From Chrysemys picta bellii (Eukaryota), in contig NC_088802.1 of the NCBI RefSeq assembly GCF_011386835.1, positions 2,232,001-2,296,000 on the forward strand: a DNA stretch of 64,000 nt, written 5' to 3'. Positions 1 to 11,299 of the stretch are shown piece by piece. Numbering within the stretch: the first letter of the stretch is position 1; each line of letters opens with the position of its first letter. The notes under the pieces are model-generated. The model ran no database searches and had not been told where the DNA came from. It saw only the letters and a program-made list of their open reading frames with translations. The position numbers and the translations under genes were made by a program.

Positions 1-144
1 CCTAACTCTCCTCCCCCCCTTATCCGGCCCATCTCAGAGGTGCTGACCACAAACGCTTCCACCGGCCCTCGCAGACTGACGCTTCCGGAGGATGCTGAGG
101 CCTGAGCTGAGCGGGGCTGCGGAGCCGCCCAGAGAGCAGGGACC

Positions 145-3100
145 ATGGAGCAGCTGCCAGCCCTGAGCCCCGTCCTCTGCGCCGTCCTCCTCATCCCACC
201 TGGGCAGCAGGTATGTCAGCAAATCTTGGCTAGCTAACCTGGGGGTCAGTCTGTCTACTCCCCCAGGTCAATCTGTCCATCCCTCCTCGTCCCCACAGCC
301 ATATCTAGCCATCCCCATACATCCCCATCTAGCTCATCCAATCCATCCATCCTTCTTCTGCAGTATCCTCCAGCTTTCCGTTATCTATCCATCCACCCAT
401 CCTTTCCTCTATCTCTCCATCCTTCTGTTAACGTCTCCATCCATCCTTCCCTCGACAGTATCTGTCCCTCCATCCTTCCCCCCACAGTATCTATCCCTCC
501 CTCCCTCCTCAAGAGGTCTCTAATCTCTTGCTCCCCACACAAATCTTTAGCATGCTGCAAACAGAAAACGTGGAGCAGGGTAAACTAGACTGGATTTAAC
601 ATGGGATTAGCCAACCCAGGGCTGTTGTGCAGACTGGATCGTTCATTTCCTTACTGAATGTCTCACGACTGGAGAGTGCGAGTTGGGAGATCCTACTCTG
701 TGCTGATCTACCCAGAATACAACTTGCTACAGCCCCCAGCTCTTCTAGTTCAAGCTGTAGCAACTTGTGCTTTTAGATGTTGAGGTCCCCAGTTCAATCC
801 GCAGGGTGTTAGCCAAGGTGGCGGTCATCAGAAATGCACTAAACTCTTCTCATGGACTTTAAAGCCAAAAGGTACCTTCACGATTCCCTACTCTGACCTC
901 CTGCACATAGCAAGCTACAGAACCTCACCCACCCACGCCTGTTTTTTCATTCAAATGAAGCTATCGCAGAAATTCCAGTTGGTTGCAAGAGAGCGCCGAA
1001 CCCAAATGTGGGAGCATCCAGCCAGAAATCAGGTGAGTTTCCTGCGCAATTCAGGATATGGTTCTTGATAAGGTGAACACATTACTGGATTTATCCAGCA
1101 TCTAGGATTGCAGATCTTCCCTGGAGATAGATAAATCGATGTTGATCTAGGGGAACGAGGGACAAAAATGGAGAACAGATGTGAATTGAGAGACATGGTC
1201 TAGGAATGAAAGGTTGGATGGACGGTTCTAGGACTGGAGAATGGCTGGATGGGTCTATGGCTGGATGGATCTATAGATGGATAGAGCTAGGATGGATAAT
1301 GGATGGATCTAGGGTCGGAGATGGATGGATGAATCAAGGAGAATCCAGGAACAGAGAGACAGACACCACTACTAAACTAGCGAGAGGTGAAGGTTTAGCT
1401 CTGTACACAGGACCACAGCGGCTGACGCTCTCTCTAAAGGCCAGGACGGGTCTCTCCTGCCGCCCAGTGCTGCTGGTGTATGATGCGGGTTCTCTCTCTT
1501 CCTAGCTGGTCTGGGAGTTTCCCAGGAGCCCAAGTCCCTCAACGCAACAGCCGGGGAGAACGTGACCCTGAGCTGCACCTTCCAGAACAGAAATGGCAGC
1601 AGAGCCAAGGTGCTTTGGCTCAGGGGATCTGGAGAAGACGTGGTGCTGCATGCTAACCACCCCTTCTACCTGGGGCGGCTCCGTGTGTCCAGTCTGGATG
1701 AGATCAGTAAGGGGAACGCAACGCTGACTCTGTCTAAACTGGACGAGAGAGACTCTGGCCTCTATCAGTGCTGCATCGAAATCCAGAATGAGACAACAGG
1801 GATGGGAGGAGGCACCAATCTAAGAGTGATGAGGAGAAACCAGAGCGTGACTGGTAAGAGTCGGGGGGAGGGAGGGCATGCGGGACCTGTCCCCTCCAGG
1901 AGGCACTGGCGCCAATCTGGCCCCAAGGTCGGGGACGGGCTGGCTCTGGGCGTGGGGAATGGGAGATGGGGCTGGCTCCAAGCAGGAGTTGGAGATCAGG
2001 AATATCTGACCGACACTCATGCTGTGGGGGTGGGGGGGTGGAGGTCAGGTTTATATTAAACAATCTCCCGGCCGATTCGAGGCAGCTTTTCTGCCGAGTT
2101 GTCACTGGCTGCAGCTTTGGTCTGTCTCACATCCTGACAGCGCCTCGGGGTGAGAGAGGTGGTTAGAAACCCAGACCCCCACTTCTCCCGAGAGCCATCG
2201 TGCACTCAGAGACGTCTCTCTCTGTTCTCTTGCTATTGGCCCGGGTTGGCTCTGAGCTCTTTGGCCTGCCGCAGGTGAGGTTATGACCCGGCCCTGCTGA
2301 CTCACTGTGGGAAGATCAGACTCATAGTGGCAGCTGTGGAAGGGTTTGCAATAGGCGCCGGTGGAGACTGGGGAAGTTTTCTTGCAGTGTTTGTTGAAGA
2401 GGAAGTTGATTGCTTAATGCAGGAGTGAGTGAGGGACACACAACCCCAGAGCCAGAGACACAGAGAAGCACACGCAGCCCCAGAAATCAGTCACCTACAG
2501 CCCCATAGACACGCAGCCGCCGACCCAGAGAGAGACCAGAATGGCCCCGTGACCCACACGGCCCCACCACGCTCTCTACTGCACCAGTCACTTGAGATTC
2601 TCTCCCACTGGTCCCATGTATGAATGGAGGTTGCTGGCATTAGCCCAGACCCCAGGAGGGCAGCTGGCCACTAACACGCTGTACCAACCCGACCGGACCC
2701 ACCTCTGTGGCCTCTATTTGGGAGCAACTCCACAGACTTAACTGGGGTCACTCCAGAGTCACTGAGATCAGGATTTCGGACGGACTCCATTGGTGTCCGT
2801 GGGCTCACTCTGGATTCACACCAGAATCACTGAGATCAGTATACGGCCCTCATTTGGCATCAGTGGGGTCAGTCCAGATTTACATCAGACTCACAGAGAT
2901 CAGAATCCAGCCCTGACTCTGCTGACATCCATGGGGTTGCTCTGGCTTCACACTGGGATCATGTAGAACAGAATCCAGACTGGACTCCATTCACTGCAAT
3001 GGAGTTACTCCAGATTTACTTTGGAGCTCTGCGATCAGAATCCAACCCCGACTCCACTACCAGAGTCACTCTGCATTCACACTGGTACGGTACCAATTAA

Positions 3101-4614
3101 ATCAGAATCCAGTGCTACAACAAAGCACACAAGAAATGGCTTCCTATGGCTCTTCCCAGGATTCTTGCCACTGGAAACATTAACATCCTTCCTTTTATTT
3201 AGACGACAGAAAGGAATCGAAGCGGGATACCAGCACAGAACTCACCATCTACAGAGCCACGATTGCTCTGGCAGGCGTCAGCATCATCATCTTAGTTACC
3301 GCCCTCCTGCTGCGCAGACGCACAGGTATTTACTGCTCCTTCCGTGCTCATTCCATCTGCCCGTTCTTCCGGCGTTCAAAATGTACTTCTCTTCCGTCCT
3401 AATGGTGGAAGGGGGAATGGGAGCCTCCGATCTACATTCTCCAGTCTTCTGTTTAGTTTGTACACCTCCAGTCATCTCTTCCAACAATAACCCATGCCTC
3501 CTTCTTTCCTCCCCAGCAGCCTCCCCAGACACCCAACAGCAGCAGCCGGCAAAGGTGAGACCATTAAATTTGGAGCCTGAGTTTAACTGGGTGGTGGTGT
3601 CAGTTTCAAGACAGTGCTGAAGCATGGTCCGTGTGACTGTGGTAGAAACCTGACCAACAGAACACAGGAGAGGGTTAGGGATGCTTTAGCCATTAAATAT
3701 TACAATAACGGAAGCTGCAAAAGTACCAGATTATCTATCATCTAGACCGGTGGTTTTCAGCACCGAGGTCTTCAGTGGGTGCATCGATTCATTTAGATAT
3801 TTGAATAGGTTTACAACAGGCTATATAAAAAATACCAATAAAGTCAGTACAAACCTAAAATTTCATACAGACAGTTTCTTGTTTATACTGCTCCATACAC
3901 TCTACACTGAAATGTAACTACAATATTTATATTCCAATTGATTTATTTTAGAATTATATGGTAACAATGAGAGAGGCAGCAATTTCCCAGTAATAGTGTG
4001 GCTGTGACACTTTTGTATTTTGATGTCTGATTTTGTAAACTAGTAGTTTTTAAGTGAGGTGAAACTTGGGGAATGCGAGACAAATCAGACTCCTGAAAGG
4101 GGTACAGTAGTCTGGAAAGGTTGAGAACCACTGATCTAGACAGACAGACGTGCACATGGGGATCGGCAGACATGTACATACAGATCAGGGTGCAGAAAGA
4201 CAGGTGAACAGATAGAATCTCAACTCGCAGCCCCTCTGCTATTCCAGCCCTGGGCTCCCTTCTCCGCACACAGCTCTGCCGACCTGTATCCGCTTGGGGG
4301 TGGTCCCTCTGGGGGCTGAGTCACACCGGCGTGGGGCTATGTGTGCTGGGGACAATAGCACATGCAGATCCTCCAACACACAGCCAGGGGGTCTCCATTT
4401 TACCCACTTCCCCCTTAAATGCACTCACGGGGCTGGAAAGACGTCAGTGGAGATGGAAGCCGGGTGACTTGATTTGTGTCTTCAACAGGGGCACAGCAGA
4501 GCTGGTGGTAATGTGAGCAAGGGTCTGCACTACGCCGAGATCACTTTCAAGGCTCCAGCCTCCCACAGAATACGCCTCCATCCAGACCCAGCGGCTCTGA
4601 AGAGTCAGATCTGA
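145..4614 (+). CDS. NCR3 (NKp30)/XMIV-like single Ig V-domain immunoreceptor, 5 coding exons; possibly frameshifted (allele, pseudogene or assembly error)
   Basis: Exons: 145-210 (leader MEQLPALSPVLCAVLLIPP); 1506-1853 (V domain VSQEPKSL..VTLSC..VLWLRG..DSGLYQC..GGGTNLRV, phase 1/1); 3203-3325 (TM ELTIYRATIALAGVSIIILVTALLLRRR); 3517-3554; 4489-4614 (ITIM LHYAEI). All have GT/AG boundaries and exons 2-5 join in frame. Exon 1 ends in phase 0 but exon 2 starts in phase 1. Confidence 0.8.
270..510. repeat. Degenerate (CCAT)n/(CCTT)n simple repeat
   Basis: Runs of ccatccatcc/ctatccatcc in intron 1. Confidence 0.7.
1211..1335. repeat. Degenerate (GGAT)n simple repeat
   Basis: ggatggatgg runs; reverse complement of the 270-510 repeat type. 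Confidence 0.7.
3748..4133. mobile_element. hAT-type non-autonomous DNA transposon
   Basis: TIRs CGGTGGTTTTCA / TTGAGAACCACTG; 8-bp TSD ATCTAGAC at 3740-3747 and 4134-4141. Confidence 0.85.
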
Positions 4615-5326
4615 CTGTGCAGCAAAGGGAGACGCAGGGAACAGCAGGAGATCCCTTCATCACACAACCTTGGAGACATCTCCGAGGGTTAGTGCTAGCT
4701 TAGTCCACGGGCTGAGTCTTTTGCTTCAGGACAGTTACTTACAGATGACTGTGGTGATAGATGTGTGAGGCTGTGGGCCAGATCCCCAGCTAGTGTCAAT
4801 TGCTGTTGCTCTGGGGTGTTGATGGGCTAGTTCCCATCTGGTGTGAATTTGTGTCACTCCTCTCGGCAGGAGGGGAGGTACAGTTCAGCCCAGGAGCCTG
4901 GCCCACAGAAAAGGAGGCATCCAAACTTCAAAGTGGTGCCCCATGGGAGTTGTAACTCAGGTGTCTCACTCTCTATGGGGCAGGCTCCTTGGAAGAACTA
5001 CGTCTCCCATGATGCACCACGTTCTCCTCTCTCAATGAGGGGAGGGTGTTATAGGAGTCCCTAGCAGTGATGCATCATAGAAGATATACTCTGGCCCAAA
5101 GAGAACAAGGCTCTGGAATGACAACTCCTACATGGCCCTGCTTTGAATCAAAATTGTTCACTTTTTGAGATTTTGCCATAAAGTTGAAATTCTCCACAGA
5201 AAATAATCCATGAGAGTGTAAAATCTATTTGTTGAAATTTTCTGTGGAAAAAAAAAAAAATCCTTTTCTGCAGCCAATTCTGAATCTGAGATTACATTTT
5301 TTTTTCTGCTGCCTCTTTCTTGAAAG

Positions 5327-5332
5327 AATAAA
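5327..5332 (+). terminator. Candidate polyadenylation signal of the NCR3-like gene
   Basis: AATAAA ~710 nt after the stop codon. Confidence 0.45.
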
Positions 5333-6666
5333 ACAGACCAGCGGAAAGATGTTTCTAGGTCACGACCAACTTGATGGCTTCTGCTGGGTGTTATATATAG
5401 CCATGTAGTGGTCTGTGAGCGAAGGAGTTTCTACGTCCTTATCAAACACAAAATCAAACAGAACGAGAATGTGAGGTCAGGGTTTGTGAACAAAGCAGAG
5501 GAAACAGCAGCAAGAAAAAGCATCTGGACGCAAGGAAATAAAAGGCCCGTTTTGTTGACTTTACAAAAAAAAAGAAAGGGCTGGATGCTGATCTCAGTGA
5601 CCCTGAGCTAAATCCAAAGTAACCCCACTGATGTCAATGGAGCCAGGGACACATGGGGTAAATTTGGAATGTAATGGAGTCAGGGCTGGAGTCTGATCTT
5701 AGAGTAATTAGGAAATCCAGATCTCTTTGGAAACAGTAATTATTAGAGACATAAAACAACTAGTGAGGGACCATATTTATTCTCACTCAAAGATTTCAGA
5801 TCAAACAGAATCCTGACAACAAGTGAGGAGATTAGTTGCTCCCCCAATCAGTCAATGCAGCAAAATCCCCAGAGATCCAAAAGTCCTGCTGGCGTCTTTT
5901 CCCACCCAAATATCTCACTGCTTTCTACGTGGAAGGGAGGACAGAACACAGGCCACATTCCCATCACTGGATCGTCTCCTCTTGGGTTACAGGAGCGAGA
6001 GCTTCTGCACGTTGCTCTGGTCAGCAGATCTGGCGTTCTAAGACCCTCAGGAGTGCAGAGATGCGTCTCTTCCCTTATCACAACTGGCCCTTTAAGAAAA
6101 GTGATGTCATATCATTCTGCCAATCCAGGAATCCAATAGGCCAAATGCTTTAAAGAGCTGTAGGCTCACTGGTTAACGGTACAGCGATGCCACTGAGATG
6201 CCCCCGACTAATGGTCAACATTGTGTCAGGGGTTGGCGTCCAACCAGTCAAGGAAGTCAATTGGCTGAACATTTTCAAGGACCGTGCATTTATTAGTTAA
6301 TGGTGCACCACAGAGATGACATCACAGGTTAAAGGTCAACGCTCATGTAGACATGAGGGATCTGATTGGCTAAACAGTTTCAGGTTTGTTGGTTAACGTT
6401 ACAGATGTCAGAAGTACCACAGGTTGAAGTTCCCGAAAGGTACCCCATCTGGTTAATCCAATTGGTGACACGGTTTTAGAGTTATTGATTAGTCACTGGG
6501 GGTTAAAGGTCAGAGTTCATGTAGACACACCATCCCGGCAATTAAAATAGCTGAATGGTTATAGGACCTACTGATCATGAAAGGTTCAAGGTCAAAGTTC
6601 ACGTAGGTGCGCCATCCAAGCAATTCCAGTAGCCCAACGACTATAGGGGCTTTTGATCCCAAGAAT

Positions 6667-7957
6667 TCAAAGGTCAAGGTTCATGTAGGTGCGGAGGTCA
6701 CGCTCCCAGGCCTTTGCTTTGGCCTCTCTGCGACGGGCCTCTCTCTTCCCCACTGTAGCTGCCCGTTCTGTCCTAGGCTGCTGCTCCTTGGGCTGCGCCA
6801 CAGCACTGGGATCGTTAGCGTTGAAGTGGGTGACCTTGGGCCGGAGGTCGCTACGGAAGCCCAGGCCCTTCTGGTCCCTCTTGAGGACGGTCTGGACGGG
6901 GAATTTACGGCCGGTGCCCTCAGGCCCCAGCCCGGCCTCGCAGTCCCAGCCCCCCTTGACCATGAGCTGGAAGCCGACGTTGCTCTCGGGGATGTGGTAG
7001 CGGGTTGGAGGGAGCGGGTCGCGCCGGTTGAAGAGGTGGGCAGTGGAGCGTTCATGGAGCTCGACACTATCTTCGCTGTAATGTGTCTGGCAGACGGCAC
7101 AGTATTTTCTCTCCACTGGAATCCTCCTGATGGGGAGACAACGGGGTCAGCTGCTTCCAGGATGAGCATACTGGTTGACTCAGGGAGATGGGGAATGGGA
7201 CATGGGGCATTTCCCCTTTAGGGGCTGCTGGTTCCCATCCAGCCCCAAGTTGGGGGAACTGGCTGGTTAAGGCATGAGGGGAATGAGACATGGGGCCTTT
7301 CCTCTCTAGAGGTTGCTGTCTCCGATCCAGCCCCAGGGTGGGGGGACTGGCTGGGTCCAGGGCAGGGGAACAGAAGACTCACCTGGCCATCCTCTCCTCT
7401 GGCTGAACCGTTTCACGCTCCTGTAGGATCCTCACCACGTCCTGGTGCCCGGCTTCCTCGGCTAGGTCCACCGCGTCCCGCCCCTGCGACTCGCACACTC
7501 CCACCCATGCGGCTCCCCGGGTCAGCAGGTACCTCACAGCTTCCCCCCGGCCTGCGTAAGCGGCACACATCACCGCCGTCCAATAGTAACCGTCCCGATA
7601 GTTCACATCGCACCCCTCCCTCTCCAGCAGCCGCCGCAGGGTCCCCATGTCGCCCTCCTGGGCCGATCTCAGCAGGAGGTTCCCCCTACGAGGGTCCGTC
7701 TGCCCTGGCTGGGCGATGGGTGGCTCAGGCACCCCCGGGCGCCTCAGTGGGGCCTTGCGTTTCCGTGGGAGACTGGAGCTCTCGCCCGAGGCCAGGAGAC
7801 TCTCGTAGAAGCTCCGAGCTTCCTCGCCCTCCACGTCCCCCTCCTTTTCCCGGCGGTTGGCAGGGGAGCCGGCCCGTTTCCGGAGGTGCCCATCCTTCCA
7901 GCAGTCCGATTGCTCCCGGGCACGGGTGAAGGTGATGAGCTGGGGGCCGTGGTTCAT
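6667..7957 (-). CDS. GPANK1: G-patch domain and ankyrin repeat-containing protein 1, 344 aa, 2 coding exons
   Basis: Exons 7957-7383 and 7126-6667 (AG|gtgagt, cag|G; phase 2; 1035 nt). Motifs LITFTRA..WKDG, ankyrin region AWVGVCESQGRDAVDLAEEAGH, G-patch GGWDCEAGLGPEGTGR..VLKRDQKGLG and C-terminus AWERDLRTYMNLDL match human GPANK1 as recalled. Confidence 0.97.
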
Positions 7958-8329
7958 GGCTGGCGATGGAGACGGGGGATGGAGGTGGGTTACAGGGCGG
8001 GATCAGCCTGTTAAGGGGGCAGGAAAAAGGTCAGCAAATGAAGGTCACTGAGTGGTGATCCTCATAGCGGGCACTAGCGTCCTCGGGGTAACAGAGGACA
8101 AGGCCACGGGTGTGGGGACAGGTCTGGCAATTGGGGGTGCAGGGCTCGGGAGGGTGGGAGATGGGGCCAGGTCTCTGGGGGAAGGGTGGGGGCCAGGGGT
8201 TTCTGCGGGCCTGGGATATGTCCCTATAGGGGTGGGGCAGGGGCCCTAGGGGGTGGAGCCGGGGTCATGGGGGGAGCGGCGGGGCTAGGGCCATAGGGGA
8301 GGGATGGGGCAGGGCTAGATCCCTTGGGT

Positions 8330-9175
8330 GGGAGTGGGGCCAGGTCTCTGGGGGGTGGGGGCAGGGCCCTGGGGGGCGCGGTTAAGTGTCTGGGGGAGGG
8401 GGAAGGGCTAGGTCCTTGGGGGGCGGGGCTAGGTCCCTGGGGTGTTGGGGGGCGGGGTTAAGTGTCTGGGGGCGGGGGGAAGGGCTGTGACCCTGAGGGG
8501 CGGGGCTAGGTCCCTGGGGGGCGGGGCTAGGTCCCTGGGGGGCGGGGCTAGCTCCCTGGGGTGTTGGGGCGGGGTTAAGTGTCTGGGGGGCGGGGGGAAG
8601 GGCTGTGACCCGGAAGGGCGGGGCTAGGTCTCTGGGGTGGGGGCAGGGCTAGGACCCTGGGGCGTTGGGGGGCGGGGTTAAGTGTCTGGGGGGCGGCAGG
8701 AAGGGCTGTGACTCGGAAGGGCGGGGCTAGGTCCCTGAGGGGCGGGGCTAGGTCCCTGGGGGGCGGGGCTAGGTCCCTGGGGCAGTGGGGGGCGGGGTTA
8801 AGTGTCTGGGGGGCGGGGGAAGGACTGTGACCCTGAGGGGCGGGGCTAGGTCCCTGGGGGGCGGGGCTAGGTCCCTGGGGCAGTGGGGGGCGGGGTTAAG
8901 TGTCTGGGGGGCGGGGGAAGGACTGTGACCCTGAGGGGCGGGGCTAGGTCCATGGGGCGGTGGGGGGCGGGGTTAAGTGTCTGGGGGCGGGGGGAAGGGC
9001 TGTGACCCTGAGGGGCGGGGCTAGGACCCTGGGGGCGGGGCTAGGTCCATGGGGCGGTGGTGGGCGGGGTTAAGTGTCTGGGGGGCGGGGGAAGGGCTGT
9101 GACACTGAGGGGCGGGGCTAGGTCCATGGGGGCGGGGCCGGGCCCTGGGGCCCTGGGGGGCGGGGCTGGAACCCG
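8330..9175. repeat. G-rich minisatellite in GPANK1 intron 1
   Basis: Interleaved units GGGGCGGGGCTAGGTCCCTG and GGGGCGGGGTTAAGTGTCTGGGGGGCGGGGGAAGGGCTGTGACCCTGA. Confidence 0.9.
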
Positions 9176-9242
9176 GCCCCGGCCTTGACCAAACTCCCGC
9201 TCCCCTTGGCCTTCACCCAGAAGCCTCCGGGGCCCGACTCAC

Positions 9243-9350
9243 CATAGAGACGCCGGAGGCCGGAGCAGCGCGCCGCCGCCACCAGGCGGAGAGGTGACGC
9301 ATGCGCATTAGAAGGCGCCGGGGCGCTGGAGGCGCACGCGCGTTAGGCGC
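9243..9350 (-). other. GPANK1: Probable non-coding first exon of GPANK1 (5' end approximate)
   Basis: Minus-strand donor ATG|GTGAGT at 9243/9242 within the CpG island; matching acceptor cctttttcctgcccccttaacag| at 8008/8007. Confidence 0.6.
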
Positions 9351-9792
9351 CGCCGCGGCAGTGGCGCGTGAGGGCCGACGCCGGTCAGAGAGCAGCGCGC
9401 AGCCGCCGGATTCTGCTCTCGACATGCGCATTGGGAGCCGGGAGGCCGCGAGGGATTTGGATGCGCATGCTCAATAGGGAAGGAGGCTCGGACGTCTTCC
9501 TGCGTGGTAGTTACTCTGGGCAACAAATGGCGATCACCGCGCATGCGTATTACGCGCCCCCGAAGTGGCGACTGCCCACGCGCAGTGTGCAGCGGAGGGA
9601 AAAGCAAATTTTTACGCATGCGCACTCAGGCATCATCCCTGTGTGGGAGGGTCTAGACGCATGCGCACTGGAACACAGAGAAACAAAGGGAGTGGGCACA
9701 CGTGCCGCTGACTGCAAAGGGAACCGAAACTGAAATCAGGCGCATGCGCAAACCGCGCGCCCCCAACCCGGGGGTTAGCACAGCGCATGCGT
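9297..9792. promoter_or_regulatory. NRF1-motif cluster (8 sites)
   Basis: (G/A)CGCATGCG(C/T)-type sites at ~9297, 9422, 9462, 9538, 9614, 9657, 9740, 9783; YY1-like AAATGGCG at 9525. Confidence 0.7.
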
Positions 9793-10295
9793 CCGCGTCC
9801 CGCCCCCAACTGACCCTCTCACGTCCCCTAACGGCCACTGCCTGGAAGCGCGAGGCGCCTGTTCCCGACACGTTCTCCAGTCGCTGCGGCCGTTTAACTA
9901 ATTTGCATATTGCCCAGCATGCCGTTCCCCCTCCAACCCCGCCAGATAGCGTCATTTTTACCCCATTTCAATAAAAATTGAACTAAAAAAAATTAAAAGT
10001 ATTTACAGCCCATAACGATGTGATGTTACCCAAATTTCACTTCAGTAACTAAGACTATGTTATCTCACCCTAACCTCGATATATACTCGAAACATACCTA
10101 GGCATTGAGTTCTAATTAACATATTCATAATTAATCTTTAGGGGACTAGTTAGTTCACTAATAGGAGATGCTTGGTGCCAATTAACATTCTGGGGGCGGA
10201 TGAGCACAACGGGCGCCATGGAGTACAGCAGGGCCGGCAACCGGCGGAGCAGCAGCAGCGTCAGAGACGGTACAATAAGGCGAAGGCGTTCAGGA

Positions 10296-10486
10296 GGCCA
10301 CGCCCCGTCGGGGAGGCCACGCCCCCTTAGGGGCTAGACCGCGCCCATTCATTGGGCAGGCCACACCCCTTTGGGCAGGCCCCGCCCATCCCAGGAGAGG
10401 ACACACCCTCGTTGGGATGAGACCACACCCAATCATGTACACTGCTTTAAGAGAGGCCACGCCCCTCTTGGATTAGGCCACGCCCA
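10296..10486. promoter_or_regulatory. KLF/Sp motif cluster
   Basis: About 8 copies of GGCCAC(G/A)CCC or close variants. Confidence 0.6.
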
Positions 10487-10753
10487 TTTCTGATGGCTGC
10501 CAGTCCCACCCTGCTCTGACCCGCTAGACCCCACTCCCCTCCCAGTGCCAGGATAGAACCCAGGAGTCCGGGCCCCCTCCCCCCACATGTGTCTGTGCTG
10601 TAGTTCTCTGGTCTCCTGTTCCTATGCGCCTCAGTGGGGCACCTCCCATGATGCTCCACGCCCCTTCCCCGGGTCCCTCCCTTCCCTGCCCCCTCCTCTG
10701 AGCTTTGCAGTTTCACAGTGTCCAAATCCCCATTCACGCCAGGCAGCTACAGG

Positions 10754-11299
10754 ACTACAATTCCCATGGTGCCTTGCGGCTACATCGCCCCTCCCCCCGG
10801 GACACTTTGTATCATGGCGGTTGTAGTTTGATGGAGTCCAAAGCCCCATTCATCCCAATGGAGCTCTGGGAACGCAGGTACTACAACTCCCATAATGCCT
10901 TGCGGCACACCCCTGCGTCACTCAGGCCCCCTTCCTGCCTCGGGAGGGGTGTAGTTCTCGGGGACCCTGCTGCCCATGGAACCCTAGGAGGGCAATGCAG
11001 CCCGTGGACTACCAATCCCATACTGCCTTGCGGCACCGCCCCTGCACCGGGCTCCCCCGTGTGCACCACTCCCGGGGATGTAGTTCCGCGGGGCCCCGCT
11101 GACCAGTCATCCCAATGAGCCTCGGGCCGGTGGAGAACTACATCTCCCGCCACGCCCTGCGCCTCCCATCATTCTCCGCCCCTCGCCCCCCACGTGTCTT
11201 CCCGCTGTGCATTGTGGGAGCGATAGTTCCCGGGCGGCCCCGCTCCCGTCTTCCCCTATGGGGAGCCTCCGGCTGTAAAACTACATCCCCCGTGATGCC
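10754..11299. promoter_or_regulatory. ZNF143/THAP11 (SBS, ACTAYRnnnCCC) motif array upstream of CSNK2B exon 1
   Basis: Forward sites at 10754, 10880, 11008, 11137, 11280; reverse sites ending ~10828, 10956, 11085, 11227. Confidence 0.75.

Noticed and set aside
2190-2274. SVLLLLARVG stretch before a CAG|GTGAGG donor, resembling the NKp30 TM start
   Set aside because: Ends in phase 0, has no full hydrophobic span, and 3203-3325 is a far better in-phase TM exon
3021-3620. 199-aa ORF
   Set aside because: Read-through of intron and repeat sequence; overlaps the TM exon in the wrong frame, and only 3517-3554 is used in this frame
9901-10140. Octamer ATTTGCAT plus PSE-like TCACCCTAAC suggesting an snRNA/Pol III gene
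   Set aside because: No recognisable snRNA, Y, vault or tRNA body or terminator at the expected distance
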